Source: a candidate division Kazan bacterium RIFCSPHIGHO2_01_FULL_44_14 (lineage in GTDB: Bacteria > Patescibacteriota > Kazan-3B-28). From it: a stretch of 64,000 nt of DNA. Positions 27,166 through 35,977 of this stretch are shown here, one piece after another. The DNA lies in NCBI GenBank assembly GCA_001771185.1, contig METB01000001.1:310848-374847 (forward strand). Direction: 5' to 3'. Positions within the stretch are counted from its first letter, which is position 1. Each line of letters starts with the position of its first letter. The translations under genes and the position numbers were made by a program. The notes under the pieces are model-generated. The model was not told where the DNA came from and did not search any database. It saw only the letters and a list, made by a program, of their open reading frames with translations.

Positions 27166-28425
27166 TTAGTGTATCACGCCCCTTAGACGCATGGCGGTAA
27201 GAAGCCGAGTCGCTCCGACAATATAAGCCCCAGTCCGGAAATCCACATTGTGGGTGGCCGAGGCCTGCGCTACATCAGCAAAAGCCGTATATATAATTTG
27301 ACGAAGGCGGACTTGGATGTCACTTTCCGACCAATAGAAGTTTTGCTGATTTTGAACCCATTCGAAATAACTCACTACCACACCGCCGATATTGGCTAGA
27401 ATGTCCGGGACCACGACAATGTCTCGCTGACTCAATAGTTCATCGGCTTCAGAGGTGACTGGGTGGTTGGCTAGTTCCAAAACTATCTTGGCTTGAACTT
27501 CTTTCTGATTTACCGCTGTTACCTGATTTTCGAGTGCAGCCAACACCAAAATATCAACCGGTAAAGCCAGTAATTCCGAGTTGGTTAGATTGTGAGTATA
27601 CTCGGCGTTTTCAACCGAACCAGTTTTTTCTTTATGCTGAAGCACATCTAAAATGTCCAAACCGGTTTGATGATAAACCGCACTATGAGTATCACTAATC
27701 GCTATGACACGATACCGACTGTCTTCAGACAAAAGTCGAGCCAACCCACCACCCACATTGCCTACCCCCTGGATCGCTACAGTTAAGGGATGTTTTTTGA
27801 TGTTGAGATGATCCAATAACTTGTCCAAAACATATTTCCCGCCCAGCGAAGTAGCCGAGTTCCGACCTTGAGAACCAAACAAGCTTAAGGGTTTACCAGT
27901 GATTACTCCTGGGCTGCTAAAACCCACCATTCTCTCGTATTCATCCAACATCCATCCCATCGTGGCTGAATCCGTGTTTATATCCGGCGCTGGAATATCT
28001 CTGGTCGGACCAAGACATTGACCAAAAGCCCGAATGTAAGCCCGGGCGACCCGCTCTCGTTCGGTTGCGGAAAGAGTCCGACCATCGATTCGAACACCGC
28101 CCTTGGATCCGCCCAAAGGAATATTGGCAACTGCGGTTTTAAAGGCCATCAGTCCAGCCAGAGTAGTCACTTCGGCCAAGTCCACATCGGAGTGGAATCG
28201 AATACCGCCCTTATACGGACCGCGAGCGTTACTGTATTGAACTCGCCAGGCCGGCACGACGATGGTTTGGCCGTCATCCATATCGATTGACAGTTGGGCC
28301 GTGTAAGTATGATCGGGATGTAAAAAAAGTTGGCCAGTGGCATCGTTAACTGATAATAGTTTGAAGGCGGTTTGAGCGGCTGTCGGCAAAACAACTCCCA
28401 ATGGTGTTAGCATCACTTTAGGCAT
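27166..28425 (-). CDS. gdh: Glu/Leu/Phe/Val dehydrogenase family (glutamate dehydrogenase-like).
   Basis: It has the GPYKGGIRFH motif and a Rossmann GVGNVGG. Start is taken at an internal Met to avoid overlap with trxB; the ORF-track start is 28470. Confidence 0.8.
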   Translation of the reverse strand: MPKVMLTPLGVVLPTAAQTAFKLLSVNDATGQLFLHPDHTYTAQLSIDMDDGQTIVVPAWRVQYSNARGPYKGGIRFHSDVDLAEVTTLAGLMAFKTAVANIPLGGSKGGVRIDGRTLSATERERVARAYIRAFGQCLGPTRDIPAPDINTDSATMGWMLDEYERMVGFSSPGVITGKPLSLFGSQGRNSATSLGGKYVLDKLLDHLNIKKHPLTVAIQGVGNVGGGLARLLSEDSRYRVIAISDTHSAVYHQTGLDILDVLQHKEKTGSVENAEYTHNLTNSELLALPVDILVLAALENQVTAVNQKEVQAKIVLELANHPVTSEADELLSQRDIVVVPDILANIGGVVVSYFEWVQNQQNFYWSESDIQVRLRQIIYTAFADVAQASATHNVDFRTGAYIVGATRLLTAMRLRGVIH

Positions 28426-28435
28426 AACAAGTAGA

Positions 28436-29383
28436 TTATTTAATATATCCTTGATCGGCAAATCGGTCACCCGGATGGCGTCCTTGCAAATAATTGTAGG
28501 CGGCTAATGCGGCCTTGGCGCCCTCACCAGCCGAAATTACAGTTTGCTTAAACGGCACAATCGTTACATCACCGGCGGCGAATAGACCAGAACAACTGGT
28601 CTGATTGAAATTATCTACCATAATTTCTCCAGCATCATTTAATTGGACCAGGTCTTTCACGAAGTCGGTAAAGATTTGCTGACCGACTTCCACAAACACT
28701 CCTTCGACTGGCAACTCTTTTGGCCCGGTCGGAGTGATGACCCTCACGGCATTGACGAATTGATCACCCTTAATTTCCTGAACCGTGCTATTCAAAACTA
28801 GTTCAATTTTGGAATCGGCTTTAACTCGATCAATTAAAATCTCTTCGGCTCGAAACTCGTTGCGCCGATGAATCAGATAAATTTTACTAGCGATCTTAGA
28901 CAAAAGAATAACCGCATCCATAGCCGAGTTACCACCACCAACCACCGCTACCGTCTTGCCCTCAAATAGGGGAGCGTCACAAGTAGCACAATAAACTACA
29001 CCCTTGTTCATAAATTCGGTTTCTCCAGGGACATCCAAATGACGATGACTTTTGCCGAAAGCCAAGATTAGCGCCTTGGCATGATACTCCTCACCCAATT
29101 CACCGAGCAACACAAATCCATTCTCGGCTTTGTCAATTTTGGTTACTCCTTCCAATCTAATTTCGGCGCCAAATTTTTGGGCCTGCTTAGCAAACCGGCT
29201 CATCAAATCTGGTCCGGTTGAAAAGTCCACTCCGGGGTAATTTTCAATATCCATCGTGGTCGCGGTTTGGCCACCTAGATCCCGACTCAATACTAAAGTC
29301 GAGAGTTTGCGCCGAGTAGAGTAAAGTGCGGCGCTTAAACCAGCTGCCCCGGCCCCCACGATAATCACATCATAGTTTTTCAT
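28436..29383 (-). CDS. trxB: Thioredoxin-disulfide reductase.
   Basis: It has the FAD motif YDVIIVGAGAAGL, the redox-active CATCD, and the NADPH motif GGGNSA. Start is taken at MKNYDV; the ORF-track start is 29428. Confidence 0.9.
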   Translation of the reverse strand: MKNYDVIIVGAGAAGLSAALYSTRRKLSTLVLSRDLGGQTATTMDIENYPGVDFSTGPDLMSRFAKQAQKFGAEIRLEGVTKIDKAENGFVLLGELGEEYHAKALILAFGKSHRHLDVPGETEFMNKGVVYCATCDAPLFEGKTVAVVGGGNSAMDAVILLSKIASKIYLIHRRNEFRAEEILIDRVKADSKIELVLNSTVQEIKGDQFVNAVRVITPTGPKELPVEGVFVEVGQQIFTDFVKDLVQLNDAGEIMVDNFNQTSCSGLFAAGDVTIVPFKQTVISAGEGAKAALAAYNYLQGRHPGDRFADQGYIK

Positions 29384-29574
29384 CCCAGTAGAAGATTTTA
29401 GATGATAATACTCTTTCTGATTATGCAATCAAGTAGTACCGTTTGAACAGCAGATATTAAATATAACCTGTTAGTTGACCAAATACTTTGTATTATCAGC
29501 CTAATCAAATCTAAAATTCTCTACTGGGCATGGCCACCCCATTATAACAATGTCGGCAAATCCACAGACCAAAA

Positions 29575-29605
29575 GCCCTCCTGCTATACAGCAGGAGGGC
29601 TTTTG
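29575..29605. terminator. Bidirectional rho-independent terminator.
   Basis: The hairpin GCCCTCCTGCTATACAGCAGGAGGGC is flanked by A-runs and T-runs. It lies downstream of the acidic-protein gene on the minus strand. Confidence 0.7.
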
Positions 29606-29619
29606 AAAATAGACCTTAA

Positions 29620-29838
29620 TTAGAACTCTTCTTCGTCGCTTTCCTTTGTTTCTTCTTTATCTTTGTCTGTGTCAATGACTTCCTCTTCCTCATCATCATC
29701 GTCATCATCATCGTCTAAATCAATGTCGCTATCAGCATCACCATCGGCACCGATGACTGGCGGAGTGGCAACAACATCGTCATCGCTAAATTCAGGGTCC
29801 AGTCCATCATTAGTAATCTTAATGTCTTCGTCGTTCAT
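29620..29838 (-). CDS. Small, extremely acidic protein (72 aa, D/E-rich).
   Basis: It contains DLDDDDDDDDEEEEVIDTDKDKEETKESDEEEF and is followed by a strong terminator. Function is unknown. Confidence 0.45.
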   Translation of the reverse strand: MNDEDIKITNDGLDPEFSDDDVVATPPVIGADGDADSDIDLDDDDDDDDEEEEVIDTDKDKEETKESDEEEF

Positions 29839-30181
29839 AATATCTCTCTTTGATTTAAAATAATACTCAAACTTGGTTCGACCCTAAAGCGCTACTTCTC
29901 AAATTAGGAAGAGAGCGCATATTGCTTAATTTGCATACAATGCCGAGTTTATAGATACCTAAAATGGGTGTCAACAAGTTTTTTGACGTGGTAGCCCCAG
30001 CCCTCCTTTGCTCTGCTATGTAGCAGAACTTCGGATGAGCAGGCGGGAGTCCCGCCGACGTTATATTCTGCTGTACAGCAGAATATAACTTATGAGCGGA
30101 CCTTGCTCCCCCGATCCTTCGGCCGGGTCCTCTCTGTTACAACTACAAACAAAAACAAAGCCCTCTGGCTTCGTTTTCGTT

Positions 30182-30256
30182 TGGTAGCCCCAACGGGAGT
30201 CGGACCCGTCTTTTCAGATTGAAAATCTGACGTCCTAACCGATAGACGATGGGGCC
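30182..30256 (-). tRNA. tRNA-Glu (anticodon TTC).
   Basis: The cloverleaf was read on the reverse complement: D-arm GTCTATCGGTTAGGAC, anticodon stem TCAGA/TCTGA, loop TTTTCAA, and an encoded CCA. Confidence 0.7.
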
Positions 30257-30378
30257 AAGAACTACTGCGTAGTTAATATCCAATCACCAAATTTCAAATA
30301 ACAAAGGGGAGAGAAACAGATTCTAGGTTTTGTTTGATAATTGACTATTGGATATTGGTTATTACAGCGAAGCTGTTC

Positions 30379-30453
30379 TGGTGGGCGCAGAAGGATTCGG
30401 ACCTTCGGCCAATCGCTTAAGAGGCGACTGCTCTACCGCTGAGCTATGCGCCC
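30379..30453 (-). tRNA. tRNA-Lys (anticodon CTT).
   Basis: On the reverse complement: GGGCGCATAGCTCAGCGGTAGAGCAGTCGCCTCTTAAGCGAT..GAAGGTCCGAATCCTTCTGCGCCCACCA. Confidence 0.8.
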
Positions 30454-30521
30454 ACAAAAATGCTTCTTGCATTTTAATACTCAATAATCAAATTACAATA
30501 ATCAAATAATTTGTCTTTAGT

Positions 30522-30645
30522 GGGAACCCCGAAATGGTCTAGTTCCGATGAATAGAGGAACGAACATTTTGGGGAAGAGGAGCAACGCCGAGTCCTAATA
30601 GGTCAGTGAGTTTACCGAACTGACCGTTAAGACGAGGCCGTTGCG
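30522..30645. ncRNA. Copy 2 of the ~125-nt stem-loop element (between tRNA-Lys-CTT and tRNA-Arg-CCG).
   Basis: It is nearly identical to 20183-20307 and ends 6 nt from the tRNA-Arg(CCG) 3' end. Confidence 0.45.
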
Positions 30646-30651
30646 ACGAAG

Positions 30652-30727
30652 TGGCGCGCCCGAAGGGAGTCGAACCCCCGACCTTTGGAACCGGAATCCA
30701 ACGCTCTATCCACTGAGCTACGGGCGC
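30652..30727 (-). tRNA. tRNA-Arg (anticodon CCG).
   Basis: On the reverse complement: GCGCCCGTAGCTCAGTGGATAGAGCGTTGGATTCCGGTTCCAAAGGTCGGGGGTTCGACTCCCTTCGGGCGCGCCA. Confidence 0.8.
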
Positions 30728-30749
30728 ATGTTATCTGGATTGTCTGCAG

Positions 30750-30826
30750 TGGGGTGGGCGATGGGATTTGAACCCACGGTCACTCGGACCACAACCGAGA
30801 GCTTTAACCACTAAGCTACGCCCACC
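30750..30826 (-). tRNA. tRNA-His (anticodon GTG) with an encoded G-1.
   Basis: On the reverse complement: g-GTGGGCGTAGCTTAGTGGTTAAAGCTCTCGGTTGTGGTCCGAG..TTCAAATCCCATCGCCCACCCCA. The extra 5' G pairs with the discriminator C. Confidence 0.8.
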
Positions 30827-30862
30827 CCACTGCAGACAACTGTTCAACAAATTATTAAAGAA

Positions 30863-30940
30863 GGGGACCCCGAAATGGTCTAATTTCGATGAATAGAGGA
30901 ATGAACATTTTGGGGAAAGGAAAAATGCTGAGCCCCAGTA
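30863..30940. ncRNA. Copy 3 (partial, diverged) of the stem-loop element.
   Basis: The first hairpin is retained with compensatory changes (GUUCC/GGAAC becomes AUUUC/GGAAU). The second half is diverged. Confidence 0.4.
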
Positions 30941-31016
30941 ACCGTTCTGCTGTACAGCAGAACGCGCGTCAGATGATGAATATCGGCCATAGACCTCGCG
31001 TTGCCTTGGCGAAGTG

Positions 31017-31092
31017 TGGCGGCCCCGGGAGGAATCGAACCCCCAACCTTATCGTTAGAACCGATCTGCTCTATCCGTTGAGCTACGGGGCC
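31017..31092 (-). tRNA. tRNA-Arg (anticodon TCT).
   Basis: On the reverse complement: GGCCCCGTAGCTCAACGGATAGAGCAGATCGGTTCTAACGATAAGGTTGGGGGTTCGATTCCTCCCGGGGCCGCCA. Confidence 0.75.
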
Positions 31093-31200
31093 ATCTGGTC
31101 AGACATCAGGCAAGGTACATCATAAATCTAGCATAAGCAATAACAAAAAGCTCCGCTTCCAAAATGCAGAGCTGAATCAATTGGGATAAATTAACTTAAT

Positions 31201-31596
31201 TTAGCAAAGAGGGGAATGGATTTGTTGACGCTTCAGAGCTGACTGGATTTCGCCCTTAGTCATGACAAAGAACTGAAAGAAACCTAATTGGGGAACAGTC
31301 AACCCTCGAAAAACTTTTTTTGATTCACGCTCTACCCGCGGTTCTTGCCAGTTGGGATAAATCTCATGCATCAGTTCATGAACAAGAGTAATCACCCGAT
31401 CGTTTATCCCAATCCGCCGATTAATAAAAATTTTTAACTCATCTGGCACAATATAGCCCTTGGCAGCTCTGTGTCTAGTGCCTCGTTTACCAGTCCCGCC
31501 ATTTTGAGGGACACTAGTTAAAATCACCTCATAACCAGAGTAGAGGAGGGTGTTCTTTAGTTTAAGGAACCAATTGTTTGTTTTTGTTTTTGCCAC
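31201..31596 (-). CDS. Hypothetical HExxH metallopeptidase-like protein.
   Basis: It has LVHELMHEIYPNW (HExxH plus a downstream E), is 131 aa, and sits between tRNA genes. Confidence 0.4.
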   Translation of the reverse strand: MAKTKTNNWFLKLKNTLLYSGYEVILTSVPQNGGTGKRGTRHRAAKGYIVPDELKIFINRRIGINDRVITLVHELMHEIYPNWQEPRVERESKKVFRGLTVPQLGFFQFFVMTKGEIQSALKRQQIHSPLC

Positions 31597-31846
31597 TGAT
31601 TTTCAATTGTCATCCCAACGCTTTTATAGCACTTCTAATAATTATAGCATAAAACTCCCTAACTGTCAAGTAGTAAAGAGTGGCTCCTGGACAATAAAAC
31701 TCTAATCAAAACAACAGATCAAACTGCTGTCTGTGATTTTGAGAGTGGCCCATGCTTCGCCCTGTGGGCTACCGCAGGGCAGTCTTCGCTTTCCATCTTA
31801 AAATCTTCCCTGGCGTAGCCAGGCGTAGCTTCAACGAAGCGAAGCC

Positions 31847-31920
31847 TGGAGCGGGGTACCGGATTCGAACCGGCGTCCTTGCCTTGGAAGGGCAATATAC
31901 TACCATTGTACTAACCCCGC
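31847..31920 (-). tRNA. tRNA-Gly (anticodon TCC).
   Basis: On the reverse complement: GCGGGGTTAGTACAATGGTAGTATATTGCCCTTCCAAGGCAAGGACGCCGGTTCGAATCCGGTACCCCGCTCCA. Confidence 0.75.
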
Positions 31921-32051
31921 CTGCGTTGTCACACAACTTCGGCGGACAGGCCCGCAGAAATAAAGTAGCTTATCTATACACTCCCACATCATAAACAAAA
32001 CCCCCGTCTAGGGAAACCCAAGATAGGGGATTTTAGTTTTTGAAACTGGTC

Positions 32052-32324
32052 CTACTTAATTAGTGCTCGTAACTCTTTACCCGCCTTGAAGTGAGGAACC
32101 CGTGTGGCAGGGATGCGAATTGCTTGACCGTTTTGCGGGTTCACCCCATTGCGAGCGGCACGAGAACTAACCGAGAATGTTCCAAAACCGGTGATGGTTA
32201 CCTTCTTGTCATTTGTCAGATTCTTCTTAACCGAATCCACAAACAAGTCGATGGCTTTTGTCGCCGATTTCTTCGAGAGATTGGCTTTTTGGGCAATCAA
32301 CTCGATAAGTTCTGATTTGTTCAT
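32052..32324 (-). CDS. hup: DNA-binding protein HU.
   Basis: MNKSELIELIAQ...TITGFGTF..RAARNGVNPQNGQAIRIPA..VPHFKAGKEL is the canonical HU fold sequence. Confidence 0.9.
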   Translation of the reverse strand: MNKSELIELIAQKANLSKKSATKAIDLFVDSVKKNLTNDKKVTITGFGTFSVSSRAARNGVNPQNGQAIRIPATRVPHFKAGKELRALIK

Positions 32325-32401
32325 CTCACCTCCCTAAAACTATGCTATATAAATCCTAAGTCCATAGTATAGACCTCCTCCACACTAGTCAAGATTTGTC
32401 T

Positions 32402-32845
32402 TTATGGCAATGGGTTTTTGGAATTATCACCCAAATCCCTCCCCGGATGGGATGGCTGGTGGGAAAGCCACCCTTCCAAGATTAACTGGGCCGAAACAGC
32501 ATCAATGTCACCCTTGCGATAGGCCGTTCCGCGAAGGCGGGTTGCGGCTAGTTTTGATGTCATTCGTTCATCTTCAAAAATCAATTCAACCTCCGGCAAA
32601 TGACAACGAATCCGTTCAGACAAATTTTGAACTTGTTTGGTCTGAGCGGAAGGTTGGCCGGTAATGTGAGTCGGCCAGCCAATCACAATCGTTTGTACAT
32701 TATGTTCGCGTTGAAGTTTAGTTAACTCATTCAAAAATGCCCGATTATTGGACAAGGTAACTAGCGGCCTGGCCGTTCTGGTATCTAAATCGGCCACCGC
32801 CACCCCAATGCGCCGATCGCCTAAATCAAGACCTAGCACTATCAT
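32402..32845 (-). CDS. ruvX: Putative pre-16S rRNA nuclease / Holliday junction resolvase-like YqgF (RuvX).
   Basis: It starts MIVLGLDLGDRRIGVAVAD and has the RNase H-like YqgF pattern. Confidence 0.8.
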   Translation of the reverse strand: MIVLGLDLGDRRIGVAVADLDTRTARPLVTLSNNRAFLNELTKLQREHNVQTIVIGWPTHITGQPSAQTKQVQNLSERIRCHLPEVELIFEDERMTSKLAATRLRGTAYRKGDIDAVSAQLILEGWLSHQPSHPGRDLGDNSKNPLP

Positions 32846-34461
32846 TATTCACCTAAATAAATCACTTGCACTCGGATATTGTTAGGGAGCAAGGGGGTAT
32901 GTGTCAAGAAAGTAGGCCACATTTCAATTGAACCCGAAGTTATTTCGGTCATGCCTTGCAATAATTTTTGGCCGTCCGCTAATGACTTATTAGCCAGTTG
33001 GACTGCCAACGCGTCAGTATCTAACTGGGGTCCAATCCGACCATCAAGTTTGACGATTAAATTAATCCGATGATTTAAGAAATTACTTTCCACCACACTA
33101 ATTTCGGCTCTCTCCACAGTTTGCTTGGTCACCTGTTTGCCCTCCGGCACTTCAAAGGCAGCCGATGCGACCACGGCCTTAGTCAAATCTCCTTGATTAA
33201 TCGCAATCGCCCAACTGCGGGAACGCACTCGAACTTCAAATTGGTCCCGCTTAGCTCCCGGACTAGCACTAGGAACTGCATCAATGATGTCATTCTGCAA
33301 AAGTGACGACGATAATTCTTCACCGCGTTTCAACTGTTCGCGAAGTTCGGTTTCGGCAGCCGCAAAAATATCTTTGGCAGCGGCCTCTTTCCCTTTTTCA
33401 ATATCTTCTTCGGATACTACTTTAGTAATTTCATCGGTTCCGCCAGTAAAAGCCCCTGCGACTTCGCCTACAACCGCCGTCTTGCCGGCCTCACCTAATC
33501 CCGGGACTGTCAGTTTAGTCCCTTGAGTCACATTATATTTTGTCCCGCCCCCATCAGCAGTCGCATCGACGGCTGCTCGTCCCGGAGAACCGCTTCTGAT
33601 CGGCGGGACCAACACTTCACCATTCAAACGAAACACCAATCCATTGGCGGATTGGAATCTGGTGTTGACCAACAGACCTTGGATTGTAGTAGTGTAATTT
33701 AACACTGTGATTTTACCGGTGGCTTTTTTACCATTGTTTTCTTCACCGGTCGCATTAAAAGTACTAACATTCTCCCGACTGACTTCCACAAATCGCCCAG
33801 TCAAAATATTCGGACCAGCGGCCCGACGATCCTGGACATCCGCCAAGACCAAAGTAAATTGTTTTTGAAAAACTTCTGATTGGACCTCCAGAGCCACATA
33901 GGCCTTGGGCGCTACAAAGACCGCTACGCTCCCGAGAATTACCAATCCAACCAATACGAATCCCAATGTTACTCGGTGATGCCGTTCCCATTTTAATTGA
34001 CGCAAAGTCAGATGAGGCAAACGCATGGCCGGCAACTTCCATCGGATTAGTTGAGACGAGCGGCGCGAACGCGCAAAAGATTGTCGGAGAGGGATATCAC
34101 CAACTCCATCACTTTCGTTATTTTCGTCATCCACGGCTGCTTCAGTTAGAACCGCTACTGGTTCAGTTGACATGCTGGTTTCTGCCCGTTTCGGAGGTTT
34201 AGTGTCCTTCAACTGGTCCATCACTTTGAAACCAGCATCGACAGCAAAATTGCGTCCAACTTCATCCTGCGTTACAATGCTGACTTGTTTTTCAAACAGA
34301 TCAGCTTGAGTTTTGAGAATTTTTAAATTAATCGTACTTTGTAACATCAAAGCCCGGCGGGGAATTACCATAGTAATCTCGCTTTGTTTGGCTCGCCGTA
34401 ACCGGTTGGTTGCCTCGGCGATGTCGTCACCTAATTCTAAATAAATTAGTTGGTCGGCCAT
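32845..34461 (-). CDS. Hypothetical bitopic membrane protein (~160-aa cytoplasmic N-domain, one TM, large extracytoplasmic domain).
   Basis: The TM is VTLGFVLVGLVILGSVAVFVAP. No family signature was recognised. It lies downstream of the FtsA/PilM-like gene. Confidence 0.4.
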   Translation of the reverse strand: MADQLIYLELGDDIAEATNRLRRAKQSEITMVIPRRALMLQSTINLKILKTQADLFEKQVSIVTQDEVGRNFAVDAGFKVMDQLKDTKPPKRAETSMSTEPVAVLTEAAVDDENNESDGVGDIPLRQSFARSRRSSQLIRWKLPAMRLPHLTLRQLKWERHHRVTLGFVLVGLVILGSVAVFVAPKAYVALEVQSEVFQKQFTLVLADVQDRRAAGPNILTGRFVEVSRENVSTFNATGEENNGKKATGKITVLNYTTTIQGLLVNTRFQSANGLVFRLNGEVLVPPIRSGSPGRAAVDATADGGGTKYNVTQGTKLTVPGLGEAGKTAVVGEVAGAFTGGTDEITKVVSEEDIEKGKEAAAKDIFAAAETELREQLKRGEELSSSLLQNDIIDAVPSASPGAKRDQFEVRVRSRSWAIAINQGDLTKAVVASAAFEVPEGKQVTKQTVERAEISVVESNFLNHRINLIVKLDGRIGPQLDTDALAVQLANKSLADGQKLLQGMTEITSGSIEMWPTFLTHTPLLPNNIRVQVIYLGE

Positions 34462-34584
34462 CTTTAGTTAAATTACAATTTCCAAATTACAAATTACAAA
34501 TAATCATTAAATATCAATTTTAAAAACTTTGGGATTTAGGACTTGAAATATATTTGAGATTTGGAGCTTGGAGTTTGGGATTTA

Positions 34585-35838
34585 TCATCGTACTTGCATT
34601 GACCGAACAATGCTTTGAAGAGTATTAGTCACCACATCGTCGGGAGCAGTTAAACCAAGAGTCAGTTTGGTTAGTGCCAACGGGGGAATATCTTGAGACA
34701 CCAATGTTGTCTCGTTTACTAATGCGACCCGAAGCAAGTCGGTGGGTTTCACCAACAATGGAAATGGTTTTTTAGCGAATGGCAAATGTTCGGCCCAGAC
34801 CTTGGTTAAAAGCACCTTTTTGATTTCCGGAAGCGGGGCTGAACCACCGGTTAGATAGATCCGAGGCGGTAATAATTTTAATTCATGGAATTCGGCTAAA
34901 GCCAATCCCACCCCCGACAGCCAGGTCTGGGCATCAACCATTAGAGCGTCACTGGCTTTCTTGGTGATTCGTTTATCAAGCCGATTGTTGGCATAATCCA
35001 ATTTCATTTTTTCTGCCCGATCCCAAGTCAGTCCTAGCTCACGCTTTAACCCGCGAGTGAAAGCATCCCCGCCAAAAGCAAAACTTTGCATTCCTTCGAC
35101 TGTCCCATTTTTTACAATCACGACATCGGTAGTCCCGCCGCCAATATCAATAAATACACCACTTTTGGCCTCGGCTTCACTATCAGGCGTCACGAAAATC
35201 TTAGATAGACCATAAGGTTGAGCCGCAATACTAGCAATCGTCAGCCCGAGTTCTTTGGCCAAGTTTTGTAAGATACCGGCATAGACCAGTGGGATATAGG
35301 CGTTAAAAATAGTTAAGGTTAACCGCTTACCCTGAAACCCCAATGGGTTTTCGACAACATAACCATCTAATTGAACGTCCACAATCCCAGCATGGATTAG
35401 TTCGATATCAGGATGATCGTCTAAAAACTTTTCACTTAAACTGGTCCGCAGTTTTTCGCTAGAGCGTTGCTGAATTTTGTAGATAATATTTTTTAGTTCG
35501 GTATGCTCAATCGGCTGTTCGGGATGAGCGCGGTCATAGTGAACCGTGGTGGTCACTCCCTCGATTAATTGACCGTTTACTCCCAAAATTACATTAGTTA
35601 ATCGCCAATCGCTTTCGCCTAAAGCATCGTCAATCGCCTGATTGCAGGCATTGGCAACGGCTGGTAAGTCCACAATCATCCCGCCGCGCATGCTATTAGC
35701 CGCTTGTTTGGCTAATCCGCGAGCAGTGATTTGCGCCTGATTATCTGACACATAAAAAATCACCGCCTTTACATACGAGGTACCAATATCCAAAACCAAG
35801 AGATACTCTGGTGCTGATTGTCTTCGCCCCCAAAACAT
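34585..35838 (-). CDS. Actin-like ATPase of the FtsA/PilM family.
   Basis: It has LLVLDIGTSYVKAV (phosphate-1) and FIDIGGGTTDVVIV (phosphate-2) actin-fold motifs and is 417 aa. There is no ftsZ nearby. Confidence 0.6.
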   Translation of the reverse strand: MFWGRRQSAPEYLLVLDIGTSYVKAVIFYVSDNQAQITARGLAKQAANSMRGGMIVDLPAVANACNQAIDDALGESDWRLTNVILGVNGQLIEGVTTTVHYDRAHPEQPIEHTELKNIIYKIQQRSSEKLRTSLSEKFLDDHPDIELIHAGIVDVQLDGYVVENPLGFQGKRLTLTIFNAYIPLVYAGILQNLAKELGLTIASIAAQPYGLSKIFVTPDSEAEAKSGVFIDIGGGTTDVVIVKNGTVEGMQSFAFGGDAFTRGLKRELGLTWDRAEKMKLDYANNRLDKRITKKASDALMVDAQTWLSGVGLALAEFHELKLLPPRIYLTGGSAPLPEIKKVLLTKVWAEHLPFAKKPFPLLVKPTDLLRVALVNETTLVSQDIPPLALTKLTLGLTAPDDVVTNTLQSIVRSMQVR

Positions 35839-35977
35839 AAAAAATAGTTAATAGTGCTAAGTGATAAGTGGTGGAAAAAGATTTTTATATGTTTATTCTG
35901 CCGTCAGGCAGAGACCATAACTATTCACCGCAGGTCCCTCCGTAGTTCTGCTGTCTAGCAGAACGAAGGAGAACTTT

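Noticed and set aside
29663-29863. 66-aa Ser-rich plus-strand ORF.
   Set aside because: It is the antisense reading of the GAT/GAA-rich acidic-protein gene (poly-Ser from TCATCA repeats).
29850-30180. ~330-nt ORF-free stretch between the acidic gene and tRNA-Glu, considered as a possible SRP RNA, tmRNA, RNase P RNA or 6S RNA.
   Set aside because: None of the signatures was visible by eye: no GGAAGCAGC SRP domain IV, no tmRNA tRNA-like end, no RNase P GGAAAGUCCGG. The region is dominated by the palindromic repeat family, so an ncRNA cannot be asserted without a covariance-model scan.
31752-31994. 80-aa plus-strand ORF.
   Set aside because: It overlaps tRNA-Gly(TCC) on the opposite strand and the terminator-like hairpins next to it.
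34585-35838. Assignment of the actin-like ATPase specifically as FtsA.
   Set aside because: There is no ftsZ or ftsQ in the neighbourhood, and the downstream membrane protein is atypical. FtsA cannot be separated from PilM by eye, so it is left as FtsA/PilM family.
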